DNA of 32,000 nucleotides from Candidatus Saganbacteria bacterium (GTDB taxonomy: Bacteria > Margulisbacteria > WOR-1 > JAKLHX01), in contig JAPLKZ010000013.1 of the NCBI GenBank assembly GCA_026387835.1, positions 1 to 32,000 on the forward strand. Direction: 5' to 3'. Shown in pieces: positions 25,449 to 32,000 of the stretch. The position numbers and the translations under genes are program-made. How positions within the stretch are numbered: position 1 is the first letter of the stretch; the number at the start of each line of letters is the position of its first letter. The notes beneath the pieces were generated by a model that was given only the letters and a program-made list of their open reading frames with translations, was not told where the DNA came from and ran no database searches.

Positions 25449-27005
25449 ATGACCGAACTAAAAGGTGTGCTTTTACAAAGGAAAGTCCATGAACTTACAG
25501 CGTTGTATGAGATCAGCCAGGCGCTCGGGCTTACCCTTGACATGGAAAGATCCATGTATTCGATAATGGAGGTCCTGGATAAACATCTGGGCATGACGAG
25601 GGGAACGGTCACTCTCCTGCATTTGCATACGGGAGAGCTTTTTATCGAAGTCGCTCACGGTCTTACGGAATCGGAAAAGAAAAGAGGTATTTATAAGATC
25701 GGTGAAGGTATCACGGGAAAAGTAGTTGAGACCGGTGTGCCGGCAATCATCCCGAAAATAGGGGAAGAGCCGTTATTTTTGAATAAGACCAAAGCAAGAA
25801 AAAAAGATGTCGTTAAAAAGGACATCTCGTTCATCTGTGTCCCGATAAAGATCGGCAAGAACGTGATAGGAGCTTTTTCGGTCGACAAGATATTCAGCCC
25901 TGATATGCCGCTTGAAGAGGATGTCAGGTTTTTGACAATAGTCGCTTCGATGATCGCACAGTCGGTAAAGATACACCAGTTGATCCAGTCAGAAAAGGAT
26001 AAATTGCTGGAGGAGAATATAAACCTGCGCGAGGAGTTGAAGCAGAAATACAGCTTCAAGAACATAATCGGCAACAGCAGCAGGATGAGCGAGGTCTTCA
26101 TGATGATAGGCCGTGTGGCAAAGAGCGACGCGACGGTCCTTATTAGAGGGGAATCCGGGACAGGTAAAGAGCTGGTCGCGCACGCCATACATTATAATAG
26201 TCTCCGTGCGAAAAGGCCCTTCATAAAGGTCAACTGCGCGGCGCTTCCCGAGAACCTGATAGAGGCAGAGCTTTTTGGATACGAAAGAGGAGCTTTTACA
26301 GGGGCGTTCGAAAGAAAGGCCGGAAGGTTCGAGCTGGCAGAGGGCGGGACGATCTTCCTTGATGAGATAGGAGACCTCAGCCAGTCGACGCAGGTAAAAC
26401 TTCTCCGGGTGATACAGGAAAGAGAGTTCGAACGTCTTGGCGGCACTGAAACGATAAAATGTAATGTCAGACTGATAACCGCGACCAACCAGAACCTGGA
26501 AAAACTGATAAGCGAACACAATTTCAGAGAAGACCTTTATTACAGATTGAACGTATTTCCGATATATATCCCTCCTTTGCGTGAAAGAAAGGACGATATC
26601 CTGCTTCTTTCGGAATATTTCCTGGAAAAATATGCCAAGGAGAACAAGAAGAACATAAAAAGAATATCAACCCCGGCAATAGATGCGCTAATGAGTTATC
26701 ACTGGCCCGGCAACGTTAGGGAACTTGAGAACTGTATCGAAAGAGCGGTACTTATGTGCGAGGGAGAGGTGATATATGCGCATCACCTGCCCCCGACGCT
26801 CCAGACGGCTACCGATACAAAGACAGAGATAAAGCAGTCGCTCGAAATTCTTGTTTCCGGCTTTGAAAAAGATATTATCGTGGATGCTTTAAAAACCATG
26901 CGCGGGAACATATCAAGATCAGCAAAGCTGCTTCAGACCACCGAAAGAATATTCGGCTATAAACTTAGCCAGTATGATATCGATTACAAAAAATACCGCG
27001 CCTAA
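25449..27005 (+). CDS. Sigma54-dependent transcriptional activator, GAF-AAA+-HTH architecture (NifA-like, no receiver domain)
   Basis: N-terminal GAF-like domain. The AAA+ core has [14 protein letters not shown] (ERGAFTGA) and FLDEIG. The C-terminal Fis-type HTH is [25 protein letters not shown]. Confidence 0.92.
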   Translation: MTELKGVLLQRKVHELTALYEISQALGLTLDMERSMYSIMEVLDKHLGMTRGTVTLLHLHTGELFIEVAHGLTESEKKRGIYKIGEGITGKVVETGVPAIIPKIGEEPLFLNKTKARKKDVVKKDISFICVPIKIGKNVIGAFSVDKIFSPDMPLEEDVRFLTIVASMIAQSVKIHQLIQSEKDKLLEENINLREELKQKYSFKNIIGNSSRMSEVFMMIGRVAKSDATVLIRGESGTGKELVAHAIHYNSLRAKRPFIKVNCAALPENLIEAELFGYERGAFTGAFERKAGRFELAEGGTIFLDEIGDLSQSTQVKLLRVIQEREFERLGGTETIKCNVRLITATNQNLEKLISEHNFREDLYYRLNVFPIYIPPLRERKDDILLLSEYFLEKYAKENKKNIKRISTPAIDALMSYHWPGNVRELENCIERAVLMCEGEVIYAHHLPPTLQTATDTKTEIKQSLEILVSGFEKDIIVDALKTMRGNISRSAKLLQTTERIFGYKLSQYDIDYKKYRA

Positions 27006-27041
27006 TACCTCCAAAACTACAATAACGTAAAATATTCTGTA

Positions 27042-27059
27042 GGCATTCTACAAAATTGT
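27042..27059 (-). promoter_or_regulatory. Candidate activator binding site (reverse complement ACAATTTTGTAGAATGCC), embedded in palindrome TGTAG-GCATT-CTACA
   Basis: 15 of 18 positions match 25393-25410. It sits about 55 bp upstream of the -24 element at 27105. Confidence 0.5.
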
Positions 27060-27104
27060 TATCAGTTGCCGCGCTTTCCCTCTAATGTTCTCTTGATCTT
27101 CCCT

Positions 27105-27120
27105 CGGCAGGCAAATTGCT
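27105..27120 (+). promoter_or_regulatory. Candidate sigma54 (-24/-12) promoter CGGCAGGCAAATTGCT for the beta-barrel/amt unit
   Basis: GG-N10-GC spacing and the TTGCT -12 element. It lies 38 nt upstream of the ATG at 27159, and AAGGAG at 27145-27150 falls within the predicted leader. Confidence 0.6.
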
Positions 27121-27158
27121 CATCTTTCTGTCAAACAGGCCGGAAAGGAGACGGAATC

Positions 27159-27845
27159 ATGAGAAAAGAATATCTGATAAAGACCCTGCTGCTTTTGTTG
27201 CTATTAAGTGCAGCGTCCGAGGCGACCCCATCCACACAGATATGGAATCCGTCAACGGATATCCAGGCAAAAGGGGCCTGGCATTTTGGAATAGATAATT
27301 ATTTCACGGTGCAGGGCCCTGCCGACGGAGGATACGCTTTTCCGACTGATGCCGGACTGGAATACGGCCTTACACCAAATATTGAATTAGGGCTCGATAT
27401 TTTTGAGCCCCAGGCTAGTCCGTTGGCTTTCAACGCGAAGTTCGGGCTTCCGGAAAACGAAAGTATTCCGGCTTTTGCTGTGGGAGGATACGGTTTCGGG
27501 ACTTCGGCAGGAGTGACGGACCAAAATGTTTTATACGGAGTGGTCGCCAAGACTTTCCCCGCGATAGGGCGTCTGACAGCCGGATATTTCTCTGGAAATT
27601 ACAAAGTTCTTGTCGATCCCTCGGGGAATCCAGATAACAGCGGGATCATTCTTACCTGGGACAAGTATTTGACGGACAAGATCTGGGCATGCGTTGATTA
27701 TGCGGGCACAAAATCAACCCTTGGCGCGCTGTTTTACGGATTTTCTTACGCGTTCTCACCGAATACTTCAATTATATTCGGATACGGTACATATAATAAT
27801 GGGGCAAAGCCTGTCGTGACAACTCAGCTTGACATAAATATTTAG
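27159..27845 (+). CDS. Putative outer-membrane beta-barrel protein (porin-like), co-transcribed with amt
   Basis: I use the ATG at 27159 (AAGGAG 8 nt upstream) rather than the listed TTG at 27066. Signal peptide MRKEYLIKTLLLLLLLSAASEA. Repeated amphipathic aromatic-rich strands are present (ALFYGFSYAFS, IIFGYGTYNN, WACVDYAG). Only 14 nt separate it from amt. Confidence 0.6.
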   Translation: MRKEYLIKTLLLLLLLSAASEATPSTQIWNPSTDIQAKGAWHFGIDNYFTVQGPADGGYAFPTDAGLEYGLTPNIELGLDIFEPQASPLAFNAKFGLPENESIPAFAVGGYGFGTSAGVTDQNVLYGVVAKTFPAIGRLTAGYFSGNYKVLVDPSGNPDNSGIILTWDKYLTDKIWACVDYAGTKSTLGALFYGFSYAFSPNTSIIFGYGTYNNGAKPVVTTQLDINI

Positions 27846-27859
27846 AAAGGAGAAATAAG

Positions 27860-29080
27860 ATGATAAATTCAGGAGATACGGCCTGGGTCTTGATCTCGAC
27901 GGCATTAGTCATATTGATGACCCCCGCGCTTGCATTTTTTTACGGGGGAATGGTGAGAAAAAAAAATATCCTGTCGACGATCATGCTTTCAGTGACGATC
28001 CTCGCACTTATATCGGTCCAGTGGGTATTATACGGGTATACTTTATCATTCGGTCCCGACAAGCATGGTCTGATAGGCGGTCTTAATTGGCTCGGACTGT
28101 CAGGGGTGGGCCAGCAGCCGTTTGCGGGTTATGCTCCTACAATACCGCATCTTGCTTTTATGGCGTTCCAGATGGCGTTCGCGATAATCACGCCGGCTTT
28201 AATAACCGGTGCTTTTGTTGAAAGGGTCAATTTTACGGGATTCCTTGTCTTCATCCTTATGTGGTCCACTTTTATATATGCGCCGGTCGCTCACTGGGTC
28301 TGGGGAATAGGGGGTTGGCTGAGAAATCTCGGCGCCCTGGATTTTGCGGGCGGAACGGTCGTTCATATCACTGCCGGGGTCTCGGCTTTGGCCATGGCCC
28401 TGGTCATAGGGAAAAGAAAAGGGTATAAAAAATTCCCGATGGAACCATCGAACATCCCTTTTACGATTCTCGGAGCATTTCTTTTGTGGTTCGGTTGGTT
28501 TGGCTTTAACGGGGGATCGGCGCTTTCGTCAGGCGGACTGGCAACATCCGCTTTTGTAGTCACTAACACTGCAGCAGCAGCGGCAGCCCTGACATGGATG
28601 ATAGTGAGCTGGGTGCATAAAAGACCCAGTGCTCTTGGCCTTGCTACCGGAGCGGTTGTCGGGCTTGTCGCAATAACTCCGGCATCCGGGTATGTCAGTC
28701 CGTTATCATCAATAATAATCGGATCAGCAGCTGCAATTATCTCATATTATGCCATCCTGATAAGGATGAAAAGCAATCTTGACGATTCTCTTGACGTTTT
28801 TGCCTGTCACGGGATGGGAGGGATCACCGGAGCGCTTATGACGGGCTTGTTCGCGGAAAAGGTCATAAACCCGGCAGGAGCGAACGGTCTATTCTTTGGG
28901 AACCCCCATCAGTTCTACATACAGTTATTTACTGTCGTAGTTGTTGCTGTTTTCGCCTTTACAGTAAGTTTTATCCTTGCAAAGGTGGTTGATGCGGTTT
29001 TCTCGCTTAGGGCAACTGACAGCGAGGAAGATGTCGGGCTTGATATAAGTCAACATGGGGAAAGCGCATATTCTATCTAA
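27860..29080 (+). CDS. amt: Ammonium transporter (Amt family), copy 1
   Basis: 406 aa. Contains DTAWVLISTALVILMTP, FGWFGFN, twin-His contexts VVHITAG and FACHGMGG, and a C-terminal GLDISQHGESAY. AAGGAG lies upstream. Confidence 0.95.
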   Translation: MINSGDTAWVLISTALVILMTPALAFFYGGMVRKKNILSTIMLSVTILALISVQWVLYGYTLSFGPDKHGLIGGLNWLGLSGVGQQPFAGYAPTIPHLAFMAFQMAFAIITPALITGAFVERVNFTGFLVFILMWSTFIYAPVAHWVWGIGGWLRNLGALDFAGGTVVHITAGVSALAMALVIGKRKGYKKFPMEPSNIPFTILGAFLLWFGWFGFNGGSALSSGGLATSAFVVTNTAAAAAALTWMIVSWVHKRPSALGLATGAVVGLVAITPASGYVSPLSSIIIGSAAAIISYYAILIRMKSNLDDSLDVFACHGMGGITGALMTGLFAEKVINPAGANGLFFGNPHQFYIQLFTVVVVAVFAFTVSFILAKVVDAVFSLRATDSEEDVGLDISQHGESAYSI

Positions 29081-29110
29081 AAAATGAGTATTTGCTGATT
29101 AAGGTGAAGA

Positions 29111-29154
29111 TACAAAAATGTAGTATATATATAAATAAAGATACATTTATGTAT
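29111..29154 (+). promoter_or_regulatory. Two TACA-N4-TGTA inverted repeats (TACAAAAATGTA at 29111-29122; ATACATTTATGTAT at 29141-29154) upstream of the amt copy 2 promoter
   Basis: The two sites are 31 bp apart, about three helical turns. They lie roughly 115 and 85 bp upstream of the -24 element at 29231. The first shares 12 nt with the site at 25393. Confidence 0.5.
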
Positions 29155-29230
29155 TACAAATAATAAATAAAACCGAAGGGCATTAAAAATATTTGGCCTG
29201 AAATAGGCAAAAAGAATAAAAAGATAGATT

Positions 29231-29246
29231 TGGCGGTGAAATTGCT
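29231..29246 (+). promoter_or_regulatory. Candidate sigma54 (-24/-12) promoter TGGCGGTGAAATTGCT for amt copy 2-glnK(-glnA)
   Basis: GG-N10-GC spacing in an AT-rich 208-bp spacer, 42 nt upstream of the ATG at 29289. Confidence 0.6.
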
Positions 29247-29288
29247 CAATATTGAATAGATAGACAGGAGATTTTTAAGGATATTAAC

Positions 29289-30509
29289 ATGATAAACAAC
29301 GCAGATACGGCATGGGTCTTGATCTCGACAGCGTTGGTGATACTTATGACGCCGGCATTGGCATTATTTTATGGTGGAATGGTAAGAAAGAAAAATATTC
29401 TTTCGACTTTAATGTTATCAATCGCAATACTTGCGATGATATCGGTCACATGGGTTCTGTTCGGTTATTCTTTGGCATTCGGGCCTGATAAGCACGGAAT
29501 AATCGGTGGGTTGGAGTGGGTAGGCCTAAGGGGGATCGGGGCAGCCCCCAATGCATCATATGCGGCAACTGTCCCTCATCTGGCTTTTATGGTATTTCAG
29601 ATGGCATTTGCGATAATCACGCCGGCACTGATCACGGGGGCTTTCGTCGAAAGGATAAATTTTCCCGGATTCCTGCTGTATGCATTTTTGTGGTCAACAT
29701 TTATCTATTGTCCGGTAACTCACTGGATCTGGGGGGCGGGCGGATGGCTGAAGAACATGGGAGTTCTTGATTTTGCCGGAGGTGCGGTCGTGCATATAAC
29801 AGCAGGAATTTCGGCTCTGGCGGTAGCGTTAGTCGTTGGGAAAAGGATGGGATATAAAAAATATCCCATGGAACCATCTAGCATACCATTGACGGTAATA
29901 GGTGCTTTTCTTTTATGGTTCGGCTGGTTCGGCTTCAACGCAGGTTCGGCGCTTTCATCGGGCTGGATCGCCACATCAGCTTTTGTCGCTACAAATACAT
30001 CCGGGGCTGCCGCAGCCTTTACCTGGATGATAATAAGTTGGATACATAAACGTCCAAGTGTTCTTGGAATTTGCACAGGAGCTATAGTAGGGCTGGCTGC
30101 AATAACACCGGCAGCGGGATTTGTAAGCCCGCTTTCGGCGATCGCTATAGGCTCGGTGGCAGCGATTATTTCGTATTATGCGATCATCATAAGGATGAAA
30201 ACGAATCTGGACGATTCTCTCGATGTCTTTGCCTGCCACGGGATGGGAGGCATAACAGGGATGTTAGCTACAGGACTTTTAGCGGAAAAAGCAATAAACC
30301 CTAACGGAGCGAACGGTTTATTTTTCGGGAATCCCGGACAATTCTATATCCAGCTGCTGGCAGTCGCGGTTATCGCAGTATTCTCGTTCACAGTAAGTTT
30401 TACGCTCGCAAAGATCGTTGACGCGATGTTCTCCCTCAGGGCCACGGAGGATGAGGAAGAGATCGGCCTCGATCTTAGCCAGCACGGTGAAAGTGCTTAT
30501 TCGATCTAA
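29289..30509 (+). CDS. amt: Ammonium transporter (Amt family), copy 2
   Basis: 406 aa and colinear with copy 1 without indels. The same motifs are present (FGWFGFN, VVHITAG, FACHGMGG, GLDLSQHGESAY). Confidence 0.95.
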   Translation: MINNADTAWVLISTALVILMTPALALFYGGMVRKKNILSTLMLSIAILAMISVTWVLFGYSLAFGPDKHGIIGGLEWVGLRGIGAAPNASYAATVPHLAFMVFQMAFAIITPALITGAFVERINFPGFLLYAFLWSTFIYCPVTHWIWGAGGWLKNMGVLDFAGGAVVHITAGISALAVALVVGKRMGYKKYPMEPSSIPLTVIGAFLLWFGWFGFNAGSALSSGWIATSAFVATNTSGAAAAFTWMIISWIHKRPSVLGICTGAIVGLAAITPAAGFVSPLSAIAIGSVAAIISYYAIIIRMKTNLDDSLDVFACHGMGGITGMLATGLLAEKAINPNGANGLFFGNPGQFYIQLLAVAVIAVFSFTVSFTLAKIVDAMFSLRATEDEEEIGLDLSQHGESAYSI

Positions 30510-30529
30510 AAAAATAGGAGGTGTTTAAG

Positions 30530-30874
30530 ATGGGATTTAAAAAAATTGAGGCGATAATAAGGCCTGAAAAACTCGAAGATGTCAGGGTGGCACTTGAGGC
30601 TGCGGGGTTCATTGGCATGACAGTTACCGAAGTTAAAGGAAGAGGCAGTCAAAAGGGAGTCGTCCTCGAATGGAGGGCGGGAGAGTACAGGGTCGAGTTC
30701 CTCTCAAAATTGAAGATAGAGATCGTAGTGGACGAATTTGACTCGGAAAGGGCGGTAAAAGCGATAGAAGAAGCGGCCAGGACGGGGAAAACAGGGGATG
30801 GCAAGATATTTTCATACGCGGTAGATAACATAGTCCGGGTCAGGACCGGGGAAAGGGGGAACAAAGCTCTGTAA
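30530..30874 (+). CDS. glnK: Nitrogen regulatory protein P-II
   Basis: I use the ATG at 30530 (AGGAGG 8 nt upstream) rather than the listed GTG at 30521. Contains KKIEAIIRPEKLEDV, MTVTEVKGRG and TGDGKIF. The T-loop RAGEY keeps the tyrosine equivalent to E. coli Tyr51. The gene is adjacent to amt. Confidence 0.93.
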   Translation: MGFKKIEAIIRPEKLEDVRVALEAAGFIGMTVTEVKGRGSQKGVVLEWRAGEYRVEFLSKLKIEIVVDEFDSERAVKAIEEAARTGKTGDGKIFSYAVDNIVRVRTGERGNKAL

Positions 30875-30923
30875 AGATAAATATCCCGCGCCCTTACAAA
30901 TAAATAATAGGAGGAGAATTGAA

Positions 30924-32000
30924 ATGACGAGCAAAGAAGAGATATTAAAACAGGTTAAAGATAACAATATTGAATTTATTAGATTATGGTTCACTGATAT
31001 CAACGGTATCCTTAAAAGTTTCGCGATCGGACCAGATGAACTCGAGGGTGCGCTGACGCAGGGAATGGGCTTTGATGGATCGTCAATAACAGGGTTCCAG
31101 GACATCGAGGAATCAGACATGATAGCGATGCCGGACACGGAGACATTCGCTATTCTTCCATGGAGACCGCAGGAAACCCCGGTTGCAAGGATGATCTGTG
31201 ATATCTTCCAGCCTGCAGCCGGCAAGCACAAACCTTACGAAGGTGATCCGCGGTTTATTTTAAAAAGGGCATTGGAGAAGATGAATAAAATGGGTTTCGA
31301 TCATTTTTATGTGGGACCCGAGCTCGAATATTTTTATTTCAAAAACTCCGAAGGTACCGAGATCCTGGACCAGGGCGGATATTTTGATCTTACTCCGCTT
31401 GATATGGCATCTGACCTGAGGCGTGATACCATCAAAGCGCTGAGAAGGCTTGGCGTGGTAATAGAATATTCCCACCATGAGGTCGCTCCTTCACAGCATG
31501 AGATAGATATGAGATATGCCGACGCGCTGAAGATGGCGGACAATACGGTCACATACAAGCTGACCGTAAAAGAGATCGCATCAATGCATGGAGTATACGC
31601 TACTTTCATGCCGAAACCGATCTTCGGGCAGAACGGGAGCGGCATGCATGTCCACCAGTCGCTGTTCAAGGGAAAATCAAATGCCTTTTATGATGCAAAT
31701 GACAAGTACAATCTGTCAGATATAGCAAAATCATATATCGCCGGCATCTTGAAACACGCGCCTGAAATGATATCGATACTTGCTCCGGGGGTGAATTCAT
31801 ATAAAAGACTGGTGCCAGGGTTTGAAGCTCCTGTGTATATCGCCTGGTCAAGGCGCAACAGGTCGGCTCTTGTCAGGGTTCCCATGTACCAGCCGGGCAA
31901 AGAAGTGGCGACCAGGATGGAATTGAGATGTCCTGATCCATCGGGAAACCCATACCTTCAATTCGCGGTCATGTTACAGGCCGGCTTAAAAGGGATCCAA
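30924..32000 (+). CDS. glnA: Glutamine synthetase type I, 3' end outside the window
   Basis: Absent from the ORF track because it runs off the window. My translation from the ATG at 30924 (AGGAGGAG upstream) stays open to 32000. It contains FTDINGILKSF, GPELEYFYF, HHEVAPSQHEID, MPKPIFGQNGSGMHVHQSL, NSYKRLVPGFEAP and RSALVRVP. Confidence 0.93.
   Translation, partial: MTSKEEILKQVKDNNIEFIRLWFTDINGILKSFAIGPDELEGALTQGMGFDGSSITGFQDIEESDMIAMPDTETFAILPWRPQETPVARMICDIFQPAAGKHKPYEGDPRFILKRALEKMNKMGFDHFYVGPELEYFYFKNSEGTEILDQGGYFDLTPLDMASDLRRDTIKALRRLGVVIEYSHHEVAPSQHEIDMRYADALKMADNTVTYKLTVKEIASMHGVYATFMPKPIFGQNGSGMHVHQSLFKGKSNAFYDANDKYNLSDIAKSYIAGILKHAPEMISILAPGVNSYKRLVPGFEAPVYIAWSRRNRSALVRVPMYQPGKEVATRMELRCPDPSGNPYLQFAVMLQAGLKGIQ

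Noticed and set aside
27038-27052. TGTAG-GCATT-CTACA read as an NtcA (GTA-N8-TAC), TnrA/GlnR (TGTNA-N7-TNACA) or NifA (TGT-N10-ACA) site
   Set aside because: The spacing is wrong for each: GTA-N7-TAC, a 15-bp rather than 17-bp TnrA box, and TGT-N9-ACA. It is kept only as part of the window-specific motif finding, not as a known regulator site.
27066-27158. N-terminal extension of the beta-barrel ORF (listed start 27066)
   Set aside because: The extension would swallow the sigma54-type promoter and lacks an RBS. The ATG at 27159 has AAGGAG 8 nt upstream and is immediately followed by a textbook signal peptide.
30521-30529. GTG start of the PII gene at 30521
   Set aside because: The GTG overlaps the AGGAGG ribosome-binding site itself (30516-30521). 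The ATG at 30530 is correctly spaced and gives the canonical PII N terminus.
30686-30688. Possible loss of the PII T-loop tyrosine (Tyr51 modification site)
   Set aside because: At first glance a Trp seemed to replace it. Careful alignment to E. coli GlnB shows that Trp48 aligns with Tyr46, and that Tyr53 (TAC at 30686-30688, context RAGEY) is the Tyr51 equivalent. The site is conserved.
30895-30915. TACAAATAAATAATA upstream of glnA, resembling TACAAATAATAAATA at 29155-29169 and a half-site of the TACA-N4-TGTA motif
   Set aside because: This is low-complexity AT-rich sequence, only a half-site with no TGTA arm, and no -24/-12 element follows. glnA is more simply explained as co-transcribed with amt-glnK or driven by an unrecognised promoter.
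30812-31900. Several minus-strand ORFs (30812-31231, 31260-31478, 31334-31669, 31666-31900) in a region where the ORF track shows no plus-strand gene
   Set aside because: The plus strand encodes a clear glutamine synthetase from 30924. It is missing from the track only because it has no stop inside the window. The minus ORFs are shadows.
1-32000. Search for defence islands, CRISPR repeats, IS elements, integrases, phage genes or toxin-antitoxin pairs
   Set aside because: I found no direct-repeat arrays, no terminal inverted repeats flanking a transposase-like ORF, and no recombinase, nuclease-helicase or phage-structural motifs. Every large ORF has a housekeeping, transport or nitrogen-metabolism assignment. 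The only internal duplication is the diverged amt pair.

Overview
Gene-dense chromosomal window (about 90% coding) with no rRNA, tRNA, CRISPR array, transposase or integrase that I could recognise. The host looks like a diderm bacterium: two TolC-family genes, an AMIN-domain protein and a small outer-membrane beta-barrel candidate. Its housekeeping block follows the Bacillus-type order gmk-rpoZ-coaBC-priA-def-fmt. Left to right: a 5'-truncated FGE/SUMF1-domain gene; gmk-rpoZ-coaBC-priA-def; two small uncharacterised ORFs wedged between def and fmt; a minus-strand ilvD translationally coupled to an AMIN/phosphodiester-glycosidase protein; yraN-comM; a MarR-MFP-RND-(small PII-like ORF)-TolC efflux operon; a bile acid:sodium symporter family gene; a minus-strand YbhGFSR-like HlyD/ABC/ABC/ABC-2/ABC-2/TolC efflux operon; and a nitrogen-assimilation cluster (GAF-type sigma54 activator, beta-barrel protein, two tandem amt paralogs, glnK, 3'-truncated glnA). 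The signals most worth a second look are regulatory. First, three near-identical sigma54 -24/-12 promoters. Second, a recurring ACAAWWWTGTAG / TACA-N4-TGTA element upstream of the activator gene and both amt units. Third, a recurring extended -10 box ATGCTATAAT, plus four genes whose ATG sits 6-9 nt after a TATAAT with no Shine-Dalgarno (candidate leaderless mRNAs). Fourth, the def-ORF-ORF-fmt insertion, the PII-like ORF inside the RND operon and the beta-barrel gene co-transcribed with amt. Everything rests on reading the sequence and recalling family motifs. No database search or computation beyond hand counting was done.
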